Source: Pristiophorus japonicus (taxonomy: Eukaryota). From it: a DNA stretch of 64,000 bases. Position 1 is the stretch's first letter. Every line of letters starts with the position of its first letter. The DNA lies in the NCBI RefSeq assembly GCF_044704955.1, contig NC_091982.1:102610001-102674000 (forward strand), given 5' to 3'. The notes below the pieces were generated by a model. The model had not been told where the DNA came from. It searched no databases and saw only the letters and a program-made list of their open reading frames with translations. Shown one piece after another: positions 24,014-35,951 of this stretch. The translations under genes were made by a program, and so were the position numbers.

Positions 24014-24524
24014 TTTCTTTCCCCCTCTTTATTTCTCTTTCTGAGGCTGATTTGACCCTAATTTACTCCATTCTCCATCATTCTGCTGTTTGTTTCTCAA
24101 TCCTTTAAGCTGATTGGTTAAGGAGATACACTGTTGGTCCCGTTGTTCACTGAGGTCCCAGAGGTCTTGCTGCCCTCAGCACGCCATTAACAGTTCGCAT
24201 TTCCAACAAGTTAGCACACAAATTATATTTGAGCTGAAGTGTACAATCTAACTAATGGTGTCGCCACGAGACGCCCCGCTCCAGCAAATTTGGCCCATGT
24301 GTTTAGGCTTTGACTGAAAAATAATGAAACAAACATTAGAGTTAGGACTTTGTGCCACTCCCTCAGCTACCTCTCTGCTGTTTTTACTCTTCTTACTAGA
24401 GTTGCTCTCATTCTCTGGTATTGATTACTGAATAAAGCAAGTGGAGACTCCTAACCACCCCACTGTTAAGATGCACACTTCAGGGTAACAGCTGGGGGAA
24501 GAAATAAAATTAAAATAAAATAGC

Positions 24525-24650
24525 TACAAATACTGAAAGTCTGAAATATAATCAGGAATTGCTGGAAATACACAGCATGTCCGTTAGCATCTGAAAAGAG
24601 AAAGAAAACAGGATAATGTTTCAAGCGTAGTCACTTTGTCAGAGTGACCT
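24525..24650 (-). mobile_element. Degraded Penelope-like element terminal fragment
   Basis: Reverse-complement similarity to 63255-63385 (ctgaaat...tgctggaaata.acagca.gtc....gcatctg...gaga). Confidence 0.6.
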
Positions 24651-25165
24651 AACAGTTAGGTGAAGCTGTAATAATTTCCTAAATATATAAAATATATTTT
24701 GTTTTAACAATGGAAGCGTTTTGTCATTGTTACTACAGTGGCAGATTACATCTAACTATATATGGCTACAAAACAAGTGCTTCTTGACTTTCCTCCACAC
24801 TTTTGCAAGATAAATAGTTTGCAGTGCAATTAATTAATCTGCCACAAAGCACATTTAATAAAAACTGATAAGATCAAATCTCACTTAAGGGCCACATTTC
24901 AAATTTGCAAGTATTTGCTATTTACTGCAAATGCAACACATTATGATCAGATTCAATGATTAAATTACATGAAAGAGTAGAATAAAAATTCCTGTGGACT
25001 TTAATGAGGGGTAGATCCTGAGTCGGATGCCCATCCATTGTCTGTGTGAGAGATGTGTAGTAAATGTTGGAATTAGAGGGATTTGAGGGTTCTTGTGCAC
25101 AAATCACAGAGAGTTAACCTGCAGGTACAGCAAGCAATTAGGAAGGAAAATGGTATGTTAGCTTA

Positions 25166-25981
25166 TGTAAAAGCAAAAAACCTTACTTAGTGGTAAAGTA
25201 ATTCGGTGTAATTAAAATAAAGTAAGAAAGACTGAGAGTAAGGTTCAAAATGCATTCATGGTAGAATAGCTGAATTAGGCAGAAACACTCAGGTCAGAGA
25301 AATTCTCTTAGAAGATAAGAACACCCACAAGATTTATGTAGACAGTTCACAGAAATAATGAGAGGAGGCCACGATGTTCCAGCCACATGAGATAACAGGG
25401 ACAATGCCTCTTTTAAGCAGAGGGTAGCCATATGTCTGCCAAGGATGTGCGGCAAACTAGGCACCCTGCCCATCCTTTCCCTCAATGACTATTTGTCCCA
25501 CCTGTGACAGAGACTGTGGTTCTCGTATTGGACTGTACAGCCACCTAAGAACTCATGCTGAGTGGAAGCAAGTCTTCCTCGATTCTGACGGACTGCCTAT
25601 GACGATGATGAAGGACATTAGTCTGAGAATTAGCCTGGGAAGACGTTCCCAGAAATGTAACACATAACCTGTAGGGGGGTTTTCCCTGGCAACAGTTGCC
25701 AGAACTGAATGTACCAATGGAATATATGTACCACCCAATGAAATTGCTGTAACCTGTATTAACCAATGGAACACTTCCCCGCATAGTTCCACCATTTTGA
25801 ATGTACCTGAACTGTATAAGAATGTAACTGCGTAGCTTGTCCCATGAGATCGGCGTTGAGAGCACTCAGTAACGGTACTGATGAGGCCGGATCTCCCTTG
25901 ATTAATCAGGTTTTAATAAACAACTCATTTCTCGATAAAAGGCCTTTCGTGTGAGTGTTATATTTTTAATACTCCACAACA
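25166..25981 (+). mobile_element. Solo LTR (about 0.67 kb excluding its RTE insert)
   Basis: TGT...ACA ends, flanks gctta/gcttt, tataag about 25815 and aataaa about 25915. Interrupts the CR1 in mid-motif. Confidence 0.7.
25462..25610 (+). mobile_element. RTE LINE 3' tip inside the solo LTR
   Basis: Encodes CPTCDRDCGSRIGLYSHLRTH (C2H2-like C-terminus) and ends ggactgcctatgacgatgatg. Confidence 0.88.
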
Positions 25982-26050
25982 GCTTTCATTGCAAGGGAGT
26001 TGCAGTATAAGAGTAAGGAAGTCTTGCTCCAGTTAAATAGGGCGTTGGTG

Positions 26051-28130
26051 AAACATAGAAACATAGAAACATAGAAAATAGGTGCAGGAGCAGGCCATTC
26101 AGCCCTTCTAGCCTGCACCGCCATTCAATGAGTTCATGGCTGAACATGAAACTTCAGTACCCCCTTCCTGCTTTCTCGCCATAACCCTTGATCCCCCGAG
26201 TAGTAAGGACTTCATCTAACTCCCTTTTGAATATATTTAGTGAATTGGCCTCAACTACTTTCTGTGGTAGAGAATTCCACAGGTTCACCACTCTCTGGGT
26301 GAAGAAGTTTCTCCTCATCTCGGTCCTAAATGGCTTACCCCTTATCCTCAGACTGTGACCCCTGGTTCTGGACTTCCCCAACATTGGGAACATTCTTTCT
26401 GCATCTAACCTGTCTAAACCCGTCAGAATTTTAAACGTTTCTATGAGGTCCCCTCTCATTCTTCTGAACTCCAGTGAATACAAGCCCAGTTGATCCAATC
26501 TTTCTTGATAGGTCAGTCCCGCCATCCCGGGAATCAGTCTGGTGAACCTTCGCTGCACTCCCTCAATAGCAAGAATGTCCTTCCTCAAGTTAGGAGACCA
26601 AAACTGTACACAATACTCCAGGTGTGGCCTCACCAAGGCCCTGTACAACTGTAGCAACACCTCCCTGCCCCTGTATTCAAATCCCCTCGCTATGAAGGCC
26701 AACATGCCATTTGCTTTCTTAACCGCCTGCTGTACCTGCATGCTAACCTTCAATGACTGATGTACCATGACACCCAGGTCTCGTTGCACCTTCCCTTTTC
26801 CTAATCTGTCACCATTCAGATAATAGTCTGTCTCTCTGTTTTTACCACCAAAGTGGATAACCTCACATTTATCCACATTATACTTCATCTGCCATGCATT
26901 TGCCCACTCACCTAACCTATCCAAGTCACTCTGCAGCCTAATAGCATCCTCCTCGCAGCTCACACTGCCACCCAACTTAGTATCATCCGCAAATTTGGAG
27001 ATACTGCATTTAATCCCCTCGTCTAAATCATTAATGTACAATGTAAACAGCTGGGGCCCCAGCACAGAACCTTGCGGCACTCCACTAGTCACTGCCTGCC
27101 ATTCTGAAAAGTACCCGTTTACTCCTACTCTTTGCTTCCTGTCTGACAACCAGTTCTCAATCCACGTCAGCACACTACCCCCAATCCCATGTGCTTTAAC
27201 TTTGCACATTAATCTCTTGTGTGGGACCTTGTCGAAAGCCTTCTGAAAGTCCAAATATACCACATCAACTGGTTCTCCTTTGTCCACTTTACTGGAAACA
27301 TCCTCAAAAAATTCCAGAAGATTTGTCAAGCATGATTTCCCTTTCACAAATCCATGCTGACTTGGACCTATCATGTCACCATTTTCCAGATGCACTGCTA
27401 TGACATCCTTAATAATTGATTCCATCATTTTACCCACTACTGAGGTCAGGCTGACAGGTCTATAATTCCCTGTTTTCTCTCTCCCTCCTTTTTTAAAAAG
27501 TGGGGTTACATTGGCTACCCTCCACTCCATAGGAACTGATCCAGAGTCAATGGAATGTTGAAAAATGACTGTCAATGCATCCGCTATTTCCAAGGCCACC
27601 TCCTTAAGTACTCTAGGATGCAGTCCATCAGGCCCTGGGGATTTATCAGCCTTCAATCCCATCAATTTCCCCAACACAATTTCCCGACTAATAAAGATTT
27701 CCCTCAGTTCCCCCTCCTTACTAGACCCTCTGACCCCTTTTATATCCGGAAGGTTGTTTGTATCCTCCTTAGTGAATACCGAACCAAAGTACTTGTTCAA
27801 TTGGTCTGCCATTTCTTTGTTCCCCGTTATGACTTCCCCTGATTCTGACTGCAGGGGATCTACGTTTGTCTTCACCAACCTTTTTCTCTTTACATACCTA
27901 TAGAAACTTTTGCAATCCGCCTTAATGTTCCCTGCAAGCTTCTTCTCGTACTCCATTTTCCCTGCCCTAATCAAACCCTTTGTCCTCCTCTGCTGAGTTC
28001 TAAATTTCTCCCAGTCCCCAGGTTCACTGCTATTTCTGGCCAATTTGTATGCCACTTCCTTGGCTTTAATACTATCCCTGATTTCCCTAGATAGCCACGG
28101 TTGAGCCACCTTCCCTTTTTTATTTTTACG
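26051..28130 (-). mobile_element. Young 5'-truncated CR1 LINE
   Basis: (tttctatg)n tail at 26051-26080 and an uninterrupted ORF2 portion. Confidence 0.97.
26154..28109 (-). CDS. CR1 ORF2 reverse transcriptase portion (651 aa, endonuclease missing)
   Basis: KSPGPDG, NYRPVSLTS, QHGF, YLDFQKAFDKVPH, GVPQGSVLGP and KFADD, with no stops. Not a host gene. Confidence 0.93.
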   Translation of the reverse strand: MAQPWLSREIRDSIKAKEVAYKLARNSSEPGDWEKFRTQQRRTKGLIRAGKMEYEKKLAGNIKADCKSFYRYVKRKRLVKTNVDPLQSESGEVITGNKEMADQLNKYFGSVFTKEDTNNLPDIKGVRGSSKEGELREIFISREIVLGKLMGLKADKSPGPDGLHPRVLKEVALEIADALTVIFQHSIDSGSVPMEWRVANVTPLFKKGGREKTGNYRPVSLTSVVGKMMESIIKDVIAVHLENGDMIGPSQHGFVKGKSCLTNLLEFFEDVSSKVDKGEPVDVVYLDFQKAFDKVPHKRLMCKVKAHGIGGSVLTWIENWLSDRKQRVGVNGYFSEWQAVTSGVPQGSVLGPQLFTLYINDLDEGIKCSISKFADDTKLGGSVSCEEDAIRLQSDLDRLGEWANAWQMKYNVDKCEVIHFGGKNRETDYYLNGDRLGKGKVQRDLGVMVHQSLKVSMQVQQAVKKANGMLAFIARGFEYRGREVLLQLYRALVRPHLEYCVQFWSPNLRKDILAIEGVQRRFTRLIPGMAGLTYQERLDQLGLYSLEFRRMRGDLIETFKILTGLDRLDAERMFPMLGKSRTRGHSLRIRGKPFRTEMRRNFFTQRVVNLWNSLPQKVVEANSLNIFKRELDEVLTTRGIKGYGEKAGRGY

Positions 28131-28360
28131 ACCACACCTGGTGTACTGTGTACAGTTTTGTTGTCCTTATCTAAGGAAGGATATAGTTGCCTTTGAGGGA
28201 GTGCAACGAAGGTTCGCTAGATTGATTCCTGGGACGAGAGGACTGTCTTTTGAGGAGAAATTGAGTAGAATGGGCTTATATTCTCTGGAGTTTCAAAGAA
28301 TGAGAGGTGATCTCATTGAAATGAATCAAATTATTAGAGGGTTTGACAGGCTAGAACTAG

Positions 28361-28977
28361 GGGCTAGAAAGTCAACTCATTTGCAACTGGGCATGACACT
28401 GTTAACAACTCCTGCCATATTGGGCGGGAGTTTAGTGGCAGCGTTGCACCCCGCTCTCCCATTAGCGCGCCGGGCCAAAAATGGACTTTTACTCCCTGCA
28501 ACAGTGCTGGGTGAAAACAATCTGGCAGCTGCAGGAGAAGCGGCCGACCACTACCGGGGCGAAAATTAAAGGCCAGGTGGCCGACTTTAAACGAAAAAAA
28601 CTTATCTTCGTTTTCCCGCTCCTGATCCGGGTTCTTCGCGGGGTCGTGGCCGTGATCGCTCAACCTGGAACTTTGCTTGAGTACCGGGCTGATAGTGCGG
28701 CACTTCCGCTTCCTGGTGTTCCAGGTAGAATGCTTTTTATTATGCAGAGTCTCCAGCATGGACACTTCCCTTTATGTGAGGGAAGAGCCTCTCGGATGCG
28801 GCAGTGCTGCACGGTCCAGTGCTAAGCACTGTTGAGGCATCTTCCTCATTAGCACCCCAGGAAGTAAGTGGAGTGGTAACCCGAATTTCTTGAGTGGCAG
28901 GACTTTGGCGCCTGCCGCTAAGTCTCGCACTTCCCGAATGTTACCGCCGCAAATGGGGCGATGCTGAATTTTTCCCC
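28361..28977. mobile_element. Harbinger-type MITE in the old CR1
   Basis: Ends gggctagaaagtca / tgaatttttcccc with a GC-rich body. Interrupts the CR1 at ctagaactag|gg. TSD not clean. Confidence 0.7.
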
Positions 28978-29549
28978 ATTGGGATTTAGTTTCAAGAAAT
29001 AGGGTCGGCCATGTGGGAATGAGATGAGGAGAAATTTCTTCACACAGAGGGTTGTGAATCTTTGGAATTCTCTACTCCAGAGGGCTGTGTATGCTCAGTC
29101 AATGAGTATATTCAAGACAGAGATCGATAGATTTTTGTGCACTATGGGAATCAAGGGATATTGGGATAGGGCGAGAAAGTGGAATTGATGTGGAAGATCA
29201 GCCATGATCTTATCGAATGGCAGAGCAGGCTCAAGGGGCTGTATGGCCTGCTCCAGCTATTATTTCTTATGTTCTAATGTTCTTATGTCCTGACCCTGGC
29301 CCAAATTGCAGGATTGGGAGCATTTAAATGCTTTGGGCTAGTGCCAGCACCGTTTCCAGCACTGATGAGCTAACTGCCTCAGTTGGAGGAAGGGGATTTC
29401 TTGCTATGCCGTAACACAGTAGGTTCATGGTCCTGGGGAAAAAGCTGTTTAAAAAAACATATTAAACTGGCCGCTTCTTTCTTATGCTGGTTTTCAAAAC
29501 TGGCCCTTAGCAATCCTAGACAAGATGGATGCACAGGGGTCCCTTGTGT

Positions 29550-29695
29550 CAACCGTGGATCATTGGTAGCCATTATGCCTCTGAGTTAGAAGGTTGTGGG
29601 TTCAAGTCCCACTCTAGAGTATGTAATTGGCTGTAAAGCATTTTGGGGTTGCCTGAGGTCATGAAAGGTGCTATAAATGTAAGTTTTTCTTTTTT
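29550..29695 (+). mobile_element. Internally deleted tRNA-derived SINE (SacSINE1/DeuSINE-like)
   Basis: Head gcctctgagttagaaggttgtgggttcaagtccc (B-box) is joined to the tail ttggctgtaaagc...gaaaggtgctataaatgtaagt. Family recognised from memory. Confidence 0.7.
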
Positions 29696-30679
29696 GTGCC
29701 CAGCGTTGCTTGGGCATAAATAACTGGGAATACGCTCTCACATTTGCTTCTGATTATCTTGCACCCACCCATACTTGGGTGGGCATGTTATGCACGCAGT
29801 AGCTTCCCAGAGTAATGTGATAGGAAATTTGGGGGCTAAGTTGTGTAGGGTATAATTTAAATCCAAGATTATTTTCTCCTTTACATTCTATGATGTCAAT
29901 GACCATTTAGTGGGGCTTTTTTTCTAAAATTCTTCCCCAAATAACTGATAACTAATACCAAAAGCACAAGTCATAAATATTGTTGAGTGTCGTATAGACA
30001 ATAATACAAAACCATGAATCAGACTCCTAAATGCTACCCTGCTGGTTTCAACTTAAATCAAAATCTTAAGCCTTCTGTTCCAAAATATTTATTTTAGTTG
30101 GTAAGCATTGCATGCTAGTAAATTAACAATAAAAAAATCAACTTGGACCTTCAGATAGAAAGAATTGATCAAACGTATGCAGTACACTTTTTTTGCCACT
30201 TTATGTCACTCGCGTGCTTTGAAAGCTTTCATTTGTGTGTTGTAGCACTTACATACACAGTCTGCCTCTAGTGGTAGTAAATGGGTGCTGCAGTATTAAA
30301 ATGGAATATGTATAGTGAAATGCTGCCTGACATGTTGTCCCAATTAACTTCCTGTCGATACCATTTCTGTAATGTGGAGTCTGCTTATGGGCAATTTTTT
30401 AAACAGTCCCATCCTATTATTAATAACGATTTCCTTTATTCTAAATTCATAGATGCATTTAAAAGGAATCTAGATAAGTACATGAGGATGTAGGGAATAG
30501 AAGGATATTTTGATAGGGTGAGATAAAATAAGGTGGAGCAGAAACACCAGCATAGACCTGCTGGGTTGAATGGTCTATTTCTGTACTGTAAACTCTAATT
30601 GTCATATTCTACATTTTTACTAATTTAACAGTTTTTCTTCCAAATTCCTGTCTTACAATGATCACAATGATTACATCAT

Positions 30680-31022
30680 GGCGGAGGTGCGGCGAATGAG
30701 GGTACAAGGCCCAGGAGAGCCGAGGGCCCAGGGACAGCACGGACCTGCCCACACTGCAATATGTGTGCGCACTAGGTTCATGCAGCAGAGCAGGTCTCCA
30801 GTCGTCCTGGTTAATCCTTGCCACTGGATAAAGGTCTAGCTCTGTCAAGCCCGTGTGGTGGCTGATGTGCAACGGTCACTACACGTTAAAAAAATTCACG
30901 CACAGACATCTTCCATCCCCTCAACTGGAGTTCAGGACTGGAACATCGGGTCCTTCATTGAAACATCTGTGAACTCTCAGGGAAGCAAGTCATCCGCGTT
31001 CGAGAGACCGCCTATGATGATG
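30680..31022 (+). mobile_element. Non-autonomous RTE-derived retroelement, 5'-truncated
   Basis: Homologous to 52131-52681. Ends with the RTE tail gaagcaagtcatcc.cgttcgag.gac.gcctatgatgatg. Confidence 0.8.
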
Positions 31023-31280
31023 AGAATGTATAGCACAGAAACAGGTAATTCAGCCAAACTGATCTGTGCCAGTAATGACTTTTGTTGCCTTCTTGTAAAG
31101 CAGAACCATGAGCTCGTGGGATTGCCATCTTCAGCACAGGATAAATAAAACATTGTATGTTGCTTGTAATGATAGGGAACATAATAGAAATGATGCATAC
31201 TGCACTGTGTATGATATTATTTAACACATCCCAGACACTGAAGATGATAGTGTCACAGTGTTCCAGATCTTTGGGATGGC

Positions 31281-31357
31281 AGTTTGTGCATGTGGCTTAC
31301 CCACACAGCAAAATCCTCAGTGTGACACACAAAGGAAATATAAATGGAAGTATAATT
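31281..31357. repeat. Dispersed 77-bp repeat of unknown identity (copy 1)
   Basis: 74/77 identical to 34231-34307 by eye, with looser similarity extending about 70 bp upstream. Confidence 0.85.
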
Positions 31358-32084
31358 TGGTAGGAAGAACGAGGAGAAGCAATATAAACTAAAAGGTACA
31401 ATTCTAAAGGGGGTGCATGAACAGAGACACCTGGGGGTATATATGCACAGATCATTGAAGGTGGAAGGGCAGGTTGAGTGAGCAGATAAAAAAGCATAAA
31501 TAGAGGCATAGAGTACAAAAGCAAGGAAGTTATAATGAAATATTTGTTCAGCCTCAACTGGAGTCAATTCTGGGCACGCACTTTAGCAAATACGTGAAGG
31601 CCTTAGAGAGGGTGCAGAAAAGATTTACGAGAATGATTCCAGGGATGAGGAACTTCAGTTATGTGAATAGACTGCAGAAGCTGGGGTTGTTCTCCTCAGA
31701 GCAGAGAAGACTGAGAGGAGATTTGATAGAGGTGTTCAAAATCATGAGGGGTCTAGACAGAGGAGATGGAGAGAAACTGTTCCCATTGGCGGAAGGGTCG
31801 AGAACCAGAGGACACAGATTTAAGGTGATTGGCAAAAGAACCAAAGGCGACATAAGAAAAAAACTTTTTTATGCAGCGAGTGGTTAGGATCTGGAAAGCA
31901 CTGACTGAAAGGGTGGTGGAGGCAGATTCAATCACGGCTTTCAAAAGGGAATTGGATAAGTACATGAAGGTAAAAAAATTGCAGGGCTACAGGGAAAGGG
32001 AGGGGGAGTGGAACTAGCTGAAGTGCTCTTGCAGAGAGCTGGCACGGGCTCGACGGGCCGAATGGCTTCCTTCTGTGCTGTAAC
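31358..32084 (+). mobile_element. CR1 LINE 3' fragment (different subfamily)
   Basis: ORF 31594-31887 KALERVQKRFTRMIPG...LRGDLIEVFKIM. Tail gggccgaatggc.tccttctgtgctgtaac. Confidence 0.9.
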
Positions 32085-32865
32085 TGTAAAGTCCTGTCCC
32101 CTCAGTACAGATTCACACAGAGTCAAGGTCTGTGCTATCGCAATGGCCTTACTGAGGGTCGGTGTCTCTACAGTCAAAAGTTTTCGTAGGATGGTCTCAT
32201 GGCCAATGCTCAGAACAAAAAAGTCTCTGAGCATTTGGTCCAAGTAGCCATCAAACTCACATTGTCCTACAAGTCGCCTTAGCTTGGCGACGTAGCTTGC
32301 CACTTCCTGTCCTTCAGATTGCTGGCACATGTAGAACCGATACCTCGCCATCAGCACACTCTCCCTCGGGTTGAGATGCTCCCGAAGCAGTGTACACAGC
32401 TCCTCATACGACTTATCTGTGGGTTTCACCAGAGCCAGAAGATTCTTCATGAGGATGTAGGTTGGTGCCCTGCAGACTGTGAAGAGGACCGCTCTCCTTT
32501 TTGCAGCGCTTCCTTCTCCGTCCAGCTCGTTGGCTGCAAACTACTCGTCTAGCCATTTGACATAGGCTTCCCAGTCCTCACCCTCCGAGAACTTCTCCAG
32601 GATGCCCACAGTTTGCTGCATCTTTGCGTTGGATTCGTATACTCGTCGCCAGTTATTGTGTTCCTAACACAGATGAGATTTCATACAGAGAGGTTAAAGT
32701 AACAGTGACCTCAGTTTTTAATAAAACACTCCAGAGTGAGGAACAGGCCTTAGGGGTCGGCTTATATACAGTGCTCCCAAGAGATGCTGGGATCCCTTGG
32801 GACTTCAGGGGATTGAGCTCCCTGGTGGCAGAACATGGGAATGCATGCTTTACAGATACACAACA
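32085..32865 (-). mobile_element. Gypsy LTR retrotransposon relic: 5' LTR, PBS and partial gag, fused to a different LTR end
   Basis: LTR about 32865-32655 starts tgttgtg. PBS tggcgacgag about 32642-32651. gag from 32621 reads MQQTVGILEKFSEGEDWEAYV...MKNLLALVKPTDKSYEELC...LRDFFVLSI. Ends ...ggactttaca. Confidence 0.88.
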
Positions 32866-33040
32866 ATTAGTTTTTTTACATTTATATTGATAGAAAATTT
32901 TAGCTTTTCTTTAATTTTTATTAATTCAGCAGAAATATTTTCTCATGAGAATTTACTTCAGTAAAATCAGTATTTTAATTGTTCATTTCTATTTGTACTG
33001 ATTGAAAGGCTACAGAGAATGGACCATGATGTTGTATAAT

Positions 33041-34180
33041 GGTCTGGAGTTTCCTTAAGGTTGCATTGCTTTTTTTCAGCGAAAGTGGAGAAGGCCTTGG
33101 GGGCTCTATTTGCAGAACCCCCTTGCACTGGAGTATAACAAGGAGATGGAGCAGAGGCAGCAAAGAAGAGGACAACCTGTTTGGAGAGCGAGGAGGAGGA
33201 AAGGCAAGAGAGCTCTCAGGAGGAGTTCTTATCCACCGAGAGTCTTCCGAGAACACTTCTCCTATCTGCACTTTAGCCAGGAGCAGTGTATCAGGATGCT
33301 CTGTTTCACCAAGGAGGTGGTCACAGATCTCTGCCACCTCCTGGAACCAGACCTGCAGCCTCAGAGGAGGGCAGTGACACTGCTGCCAGCGGCCCTCAAG
33401 GGCACCAATTTTTTTGCCACAGGATCCTTCCAGTCTGCAGCAGGAGACATAGCTCACATCTCCCAATTCGCTGTCCATTGCTGCATCTGGGAGATAACAG
33501 AGGCTCTGTACTCCAGGAGAAGGGACTTCATTGTCTTCTCTCTGAATGGAGAGAAACAGGAGGAGCGCGCATGCGATTTTGCCAGGATAACGGGTTTCCC
33601 CAGGTGCAGGGCACCACCGATTGCACACACTTAGCTTTGTGGGTGCCGCATACCAATCCTGAGATGTACCGCAACCGCAAAGGCTACCACTCACTTAATG
33701 TGCTATGGTGTGCGACCACGCCCAGCGCTTCCTGATGGTCAATGCCCGGAGTAGCCCTCCAGTACACGGCTGGAGCGTGTGTCCCATTTCGTGATGGTCT
33801 GCTCCATCCTCCACAACTTGGCCACCATGAGGTGACCACCTCAGGAGGAGGAGGAAGAGGAAGGCGCACAGCAGATCCCTGTTCCAGACGGATTGTCCGT
33901 AAGTGCCTTATCAGAATCCGGTTCCCCTGAATGAAACCCCAGATCCCCGTTGCTGATCAATTCCCCATCATACCATCCCTCTGTCACGGAACATCATACT
34001 GTCCACTTGGGCACAAAGCTGAAATGAGAGCCTCCACAAAACAAACATTCAAAACATAATATATAACTGAATCAATCCCAAACTACACAACAAAGTCAAC
34101 TAATCACCCTTGTGCAATTGCTGGACTATTTGTACATTATTAATGGTGACCGCCGTTACTTTGGCAGCAAATTCTGGGCC
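33041..34180 (+). mobile_element. Internally deleted Harbinger carrying a partial transposase
   Basis: Ends ggtctggagtttcc / gcaaattctgggcc, TSD aat/aat. ORF 33110-33634 (YPPRVFREH...FFATGSFQSAAGDIAHISQ) plus QGTTDCTH and RNRKGYHSLNV. Confidence 0.85.
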
Positions 34181-34230
34181 AATACATTCCAGACAATGAA
34201 GATTATAGAGACACAATAAACTGGTGTTCT

Positions 34231-34307
34231 AGTTTGTGCATGTGACTTACCCACACAGCAAAATCCTCAGTGTGACACACAAAGGAAATACAAATGGAGG
34301 TATAATT
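34231..34307. repeat. Dispersed 77-bp repeat of unknown identity (copy 2)
   Basis: agtttgtgcatgtg.cttacccacacagcaaaatcctcagtgtgacacacaaaggaaata.aaatgga.gtataatt is shared with 31281-31357. Confidence 0.85.
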
Positions 34308-35366
34308 ACATTTAAATTCAACGCACAAGCAATTATCGCATGAACAGAGTTAAGATTACACCTCAAATACTTTCTGGAACAAAACGTCTACTGAATACAA
34401 ACTGGAAGATTGTGTTAGAAGTGACAGGATGTGGGTTTCTGATGACAATTTCCCAAACAGTGACTTTCCAATGTTGTCCAAGCCTTCAGTGGGAGGTGCC
34501 CAGCAGAGACCGAGCCCAACAACTGCTGTTGTCGATATTAGCACACCAGTATTTAAGGCATTTGCTTTACTTTCCCCTGTTCAGTATTTTAGGGGAGATA
34601 ATGATGTACTTAAAATAAACAGTTTAACATCAGTGTCAATATTAGTGAATACAGGAATGTCGTGCAAATGTGTTCAACATTCAACGACTAATATTAGCAA
34701 GTCATTTCCACAAAGGAAGGGATATGAGAGGCTGACTTACCCAGAGTTGCTTTCACACATTTCCTAGGGGCAGTAAGTGTTGGAAATACAGAGATTAGCA
34801 GTACCATTGAGCCTCTATTTTAGAAGAAAAAGGAAGAAAGGTTAAGGCCAAAATAATAGCTATTTGTTCAAGAAGCTGAATTAAATTTATATATTTAATA
34901 AGATATTTGAAAGATTTCTCTAAGCTTGGAAGCTCACTTGCACCAATTGTGTCCTTTAACGGAGAACTCAAAGATCAAAATCAAAATGAAGTGTCACCCA
35001 CATGACTCAAATTCAGTGAATTCTTTTATTTATTACAGTGAAATCGGGATGAGGGGCTGAAGTCCACAGTCAGGACACCGCCAAGGGTGAAATAAATAAG
35101 CACGCTAAGGCTAAACTAGGAGAAATTCTCACCACCCAGGGTAATCGGCACATTGACACTGCATCCCCACTTAACTTTCACACCCACATTTAGAGCACAC
35201 TCCATCCCATCCAGTCAAAATAACCTCCATTGCTATGGTGACACATGCCGGGCACTGGCACAGCAGGTAAGCATCACAGTGCGCACTAACCATCTGGAGT
35301 CAATCACCAGGACTTTCTACAGCCCAAGCCACTCAGCAAAGCACACTCACTGCCACAATGTATTAT

Positions 35367-35951
35367 GGGCTGGATTTTCAGGTTTCTCCTGGGTGAAAAC
35401 GTAAGCGATACGTGAAAATTATCATTTTCGCTGCGTTACCGATTTAAGATCTAACTTTCGGCACTTGGTGTCATTGCAAAAGGAGGCATTACACAATTAT
35501 TCGGGGCGCAGAAATACGATCCTCGCCTACTGTAGTGCGGGGCCTGGAGCGCTGCAAGTGAGGCCTTGGGGGGGGGGGGGGAGGGGGAAAAAAATCAAAA
35601 ACACATTCAAAAAACATTACCTAACAAATTGCTGCAAAAAAATAAAATAATGAAAACTTTAACTTACCTTTTTTTCAGGTTTTCCAACTTACCGCTGCCA
35701 GTAGGGCTGCACCGCTAGGTTTTACCTGGCGGTCTTCAGCGAGCGGCGTACGGGTCGGGTGAGTGCCGAAACTCAGACGGTAACGCAATCCGTGTCGTTA
35801 CATGTCCGGCGCAGCTCTCCCCGGCAGTGCTTCCAGGTGTCGCCGCAAACAAGGAGCCGAGGATCCTGACTGGGCTTAGCGACCGGGTTTTCGTCGCGGA
35901 GGGTCAAAACGCCGCAGAAACCCGGTCACAAACCACCCGAAAATCCAGCCG
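35367..35951. mobile_element. Harbinger MITE
   Basis: TIRs gggctggattttcagg / cccgaaaatccagccg, flanks tat/cat. Confidence 0.85.

Larger units (their letters stand above)
20958..24296. mobile_element. Older Harbinger MITE hosting the family-A copy
   Basis: TIRs gggccaaatcttgctgg / ccagcaaatttggccc. Probable TSD atg, with a one-base ambiguity. Confidence 0.75.
25060..29287 (+). mobile_element. Old CR1 3' fragment split by three later insertions
   Basis: Collinear pieces at 25060-25165, 25982-26050, 28131-28360 and 28978-29287 (QVQQAIRK.NGMLA / FIARELQYKSKEVLLQL / PHL.YCVQF...EFQRMRGDLIE / tail). Confidence 0.85.

Noticed and set aside
29575-29615. tRNA gene
   Set aside because: Only a B-box-containing SINE head; no complete cloverleaf.
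29299-29837. Additional old Harbinger MITE (ggcccaaattgc ... gaaatttgggggc)
   Set aside because: The TIR match is weak and there is no TSD; plausible but not supportable by eye.
31250-31340. V(D)J recombination signal (cacagtg at about 31254)
   Set aside because: There is no nonamer at 12- or 23-bp spacing and no V or J coding motifs nearby.
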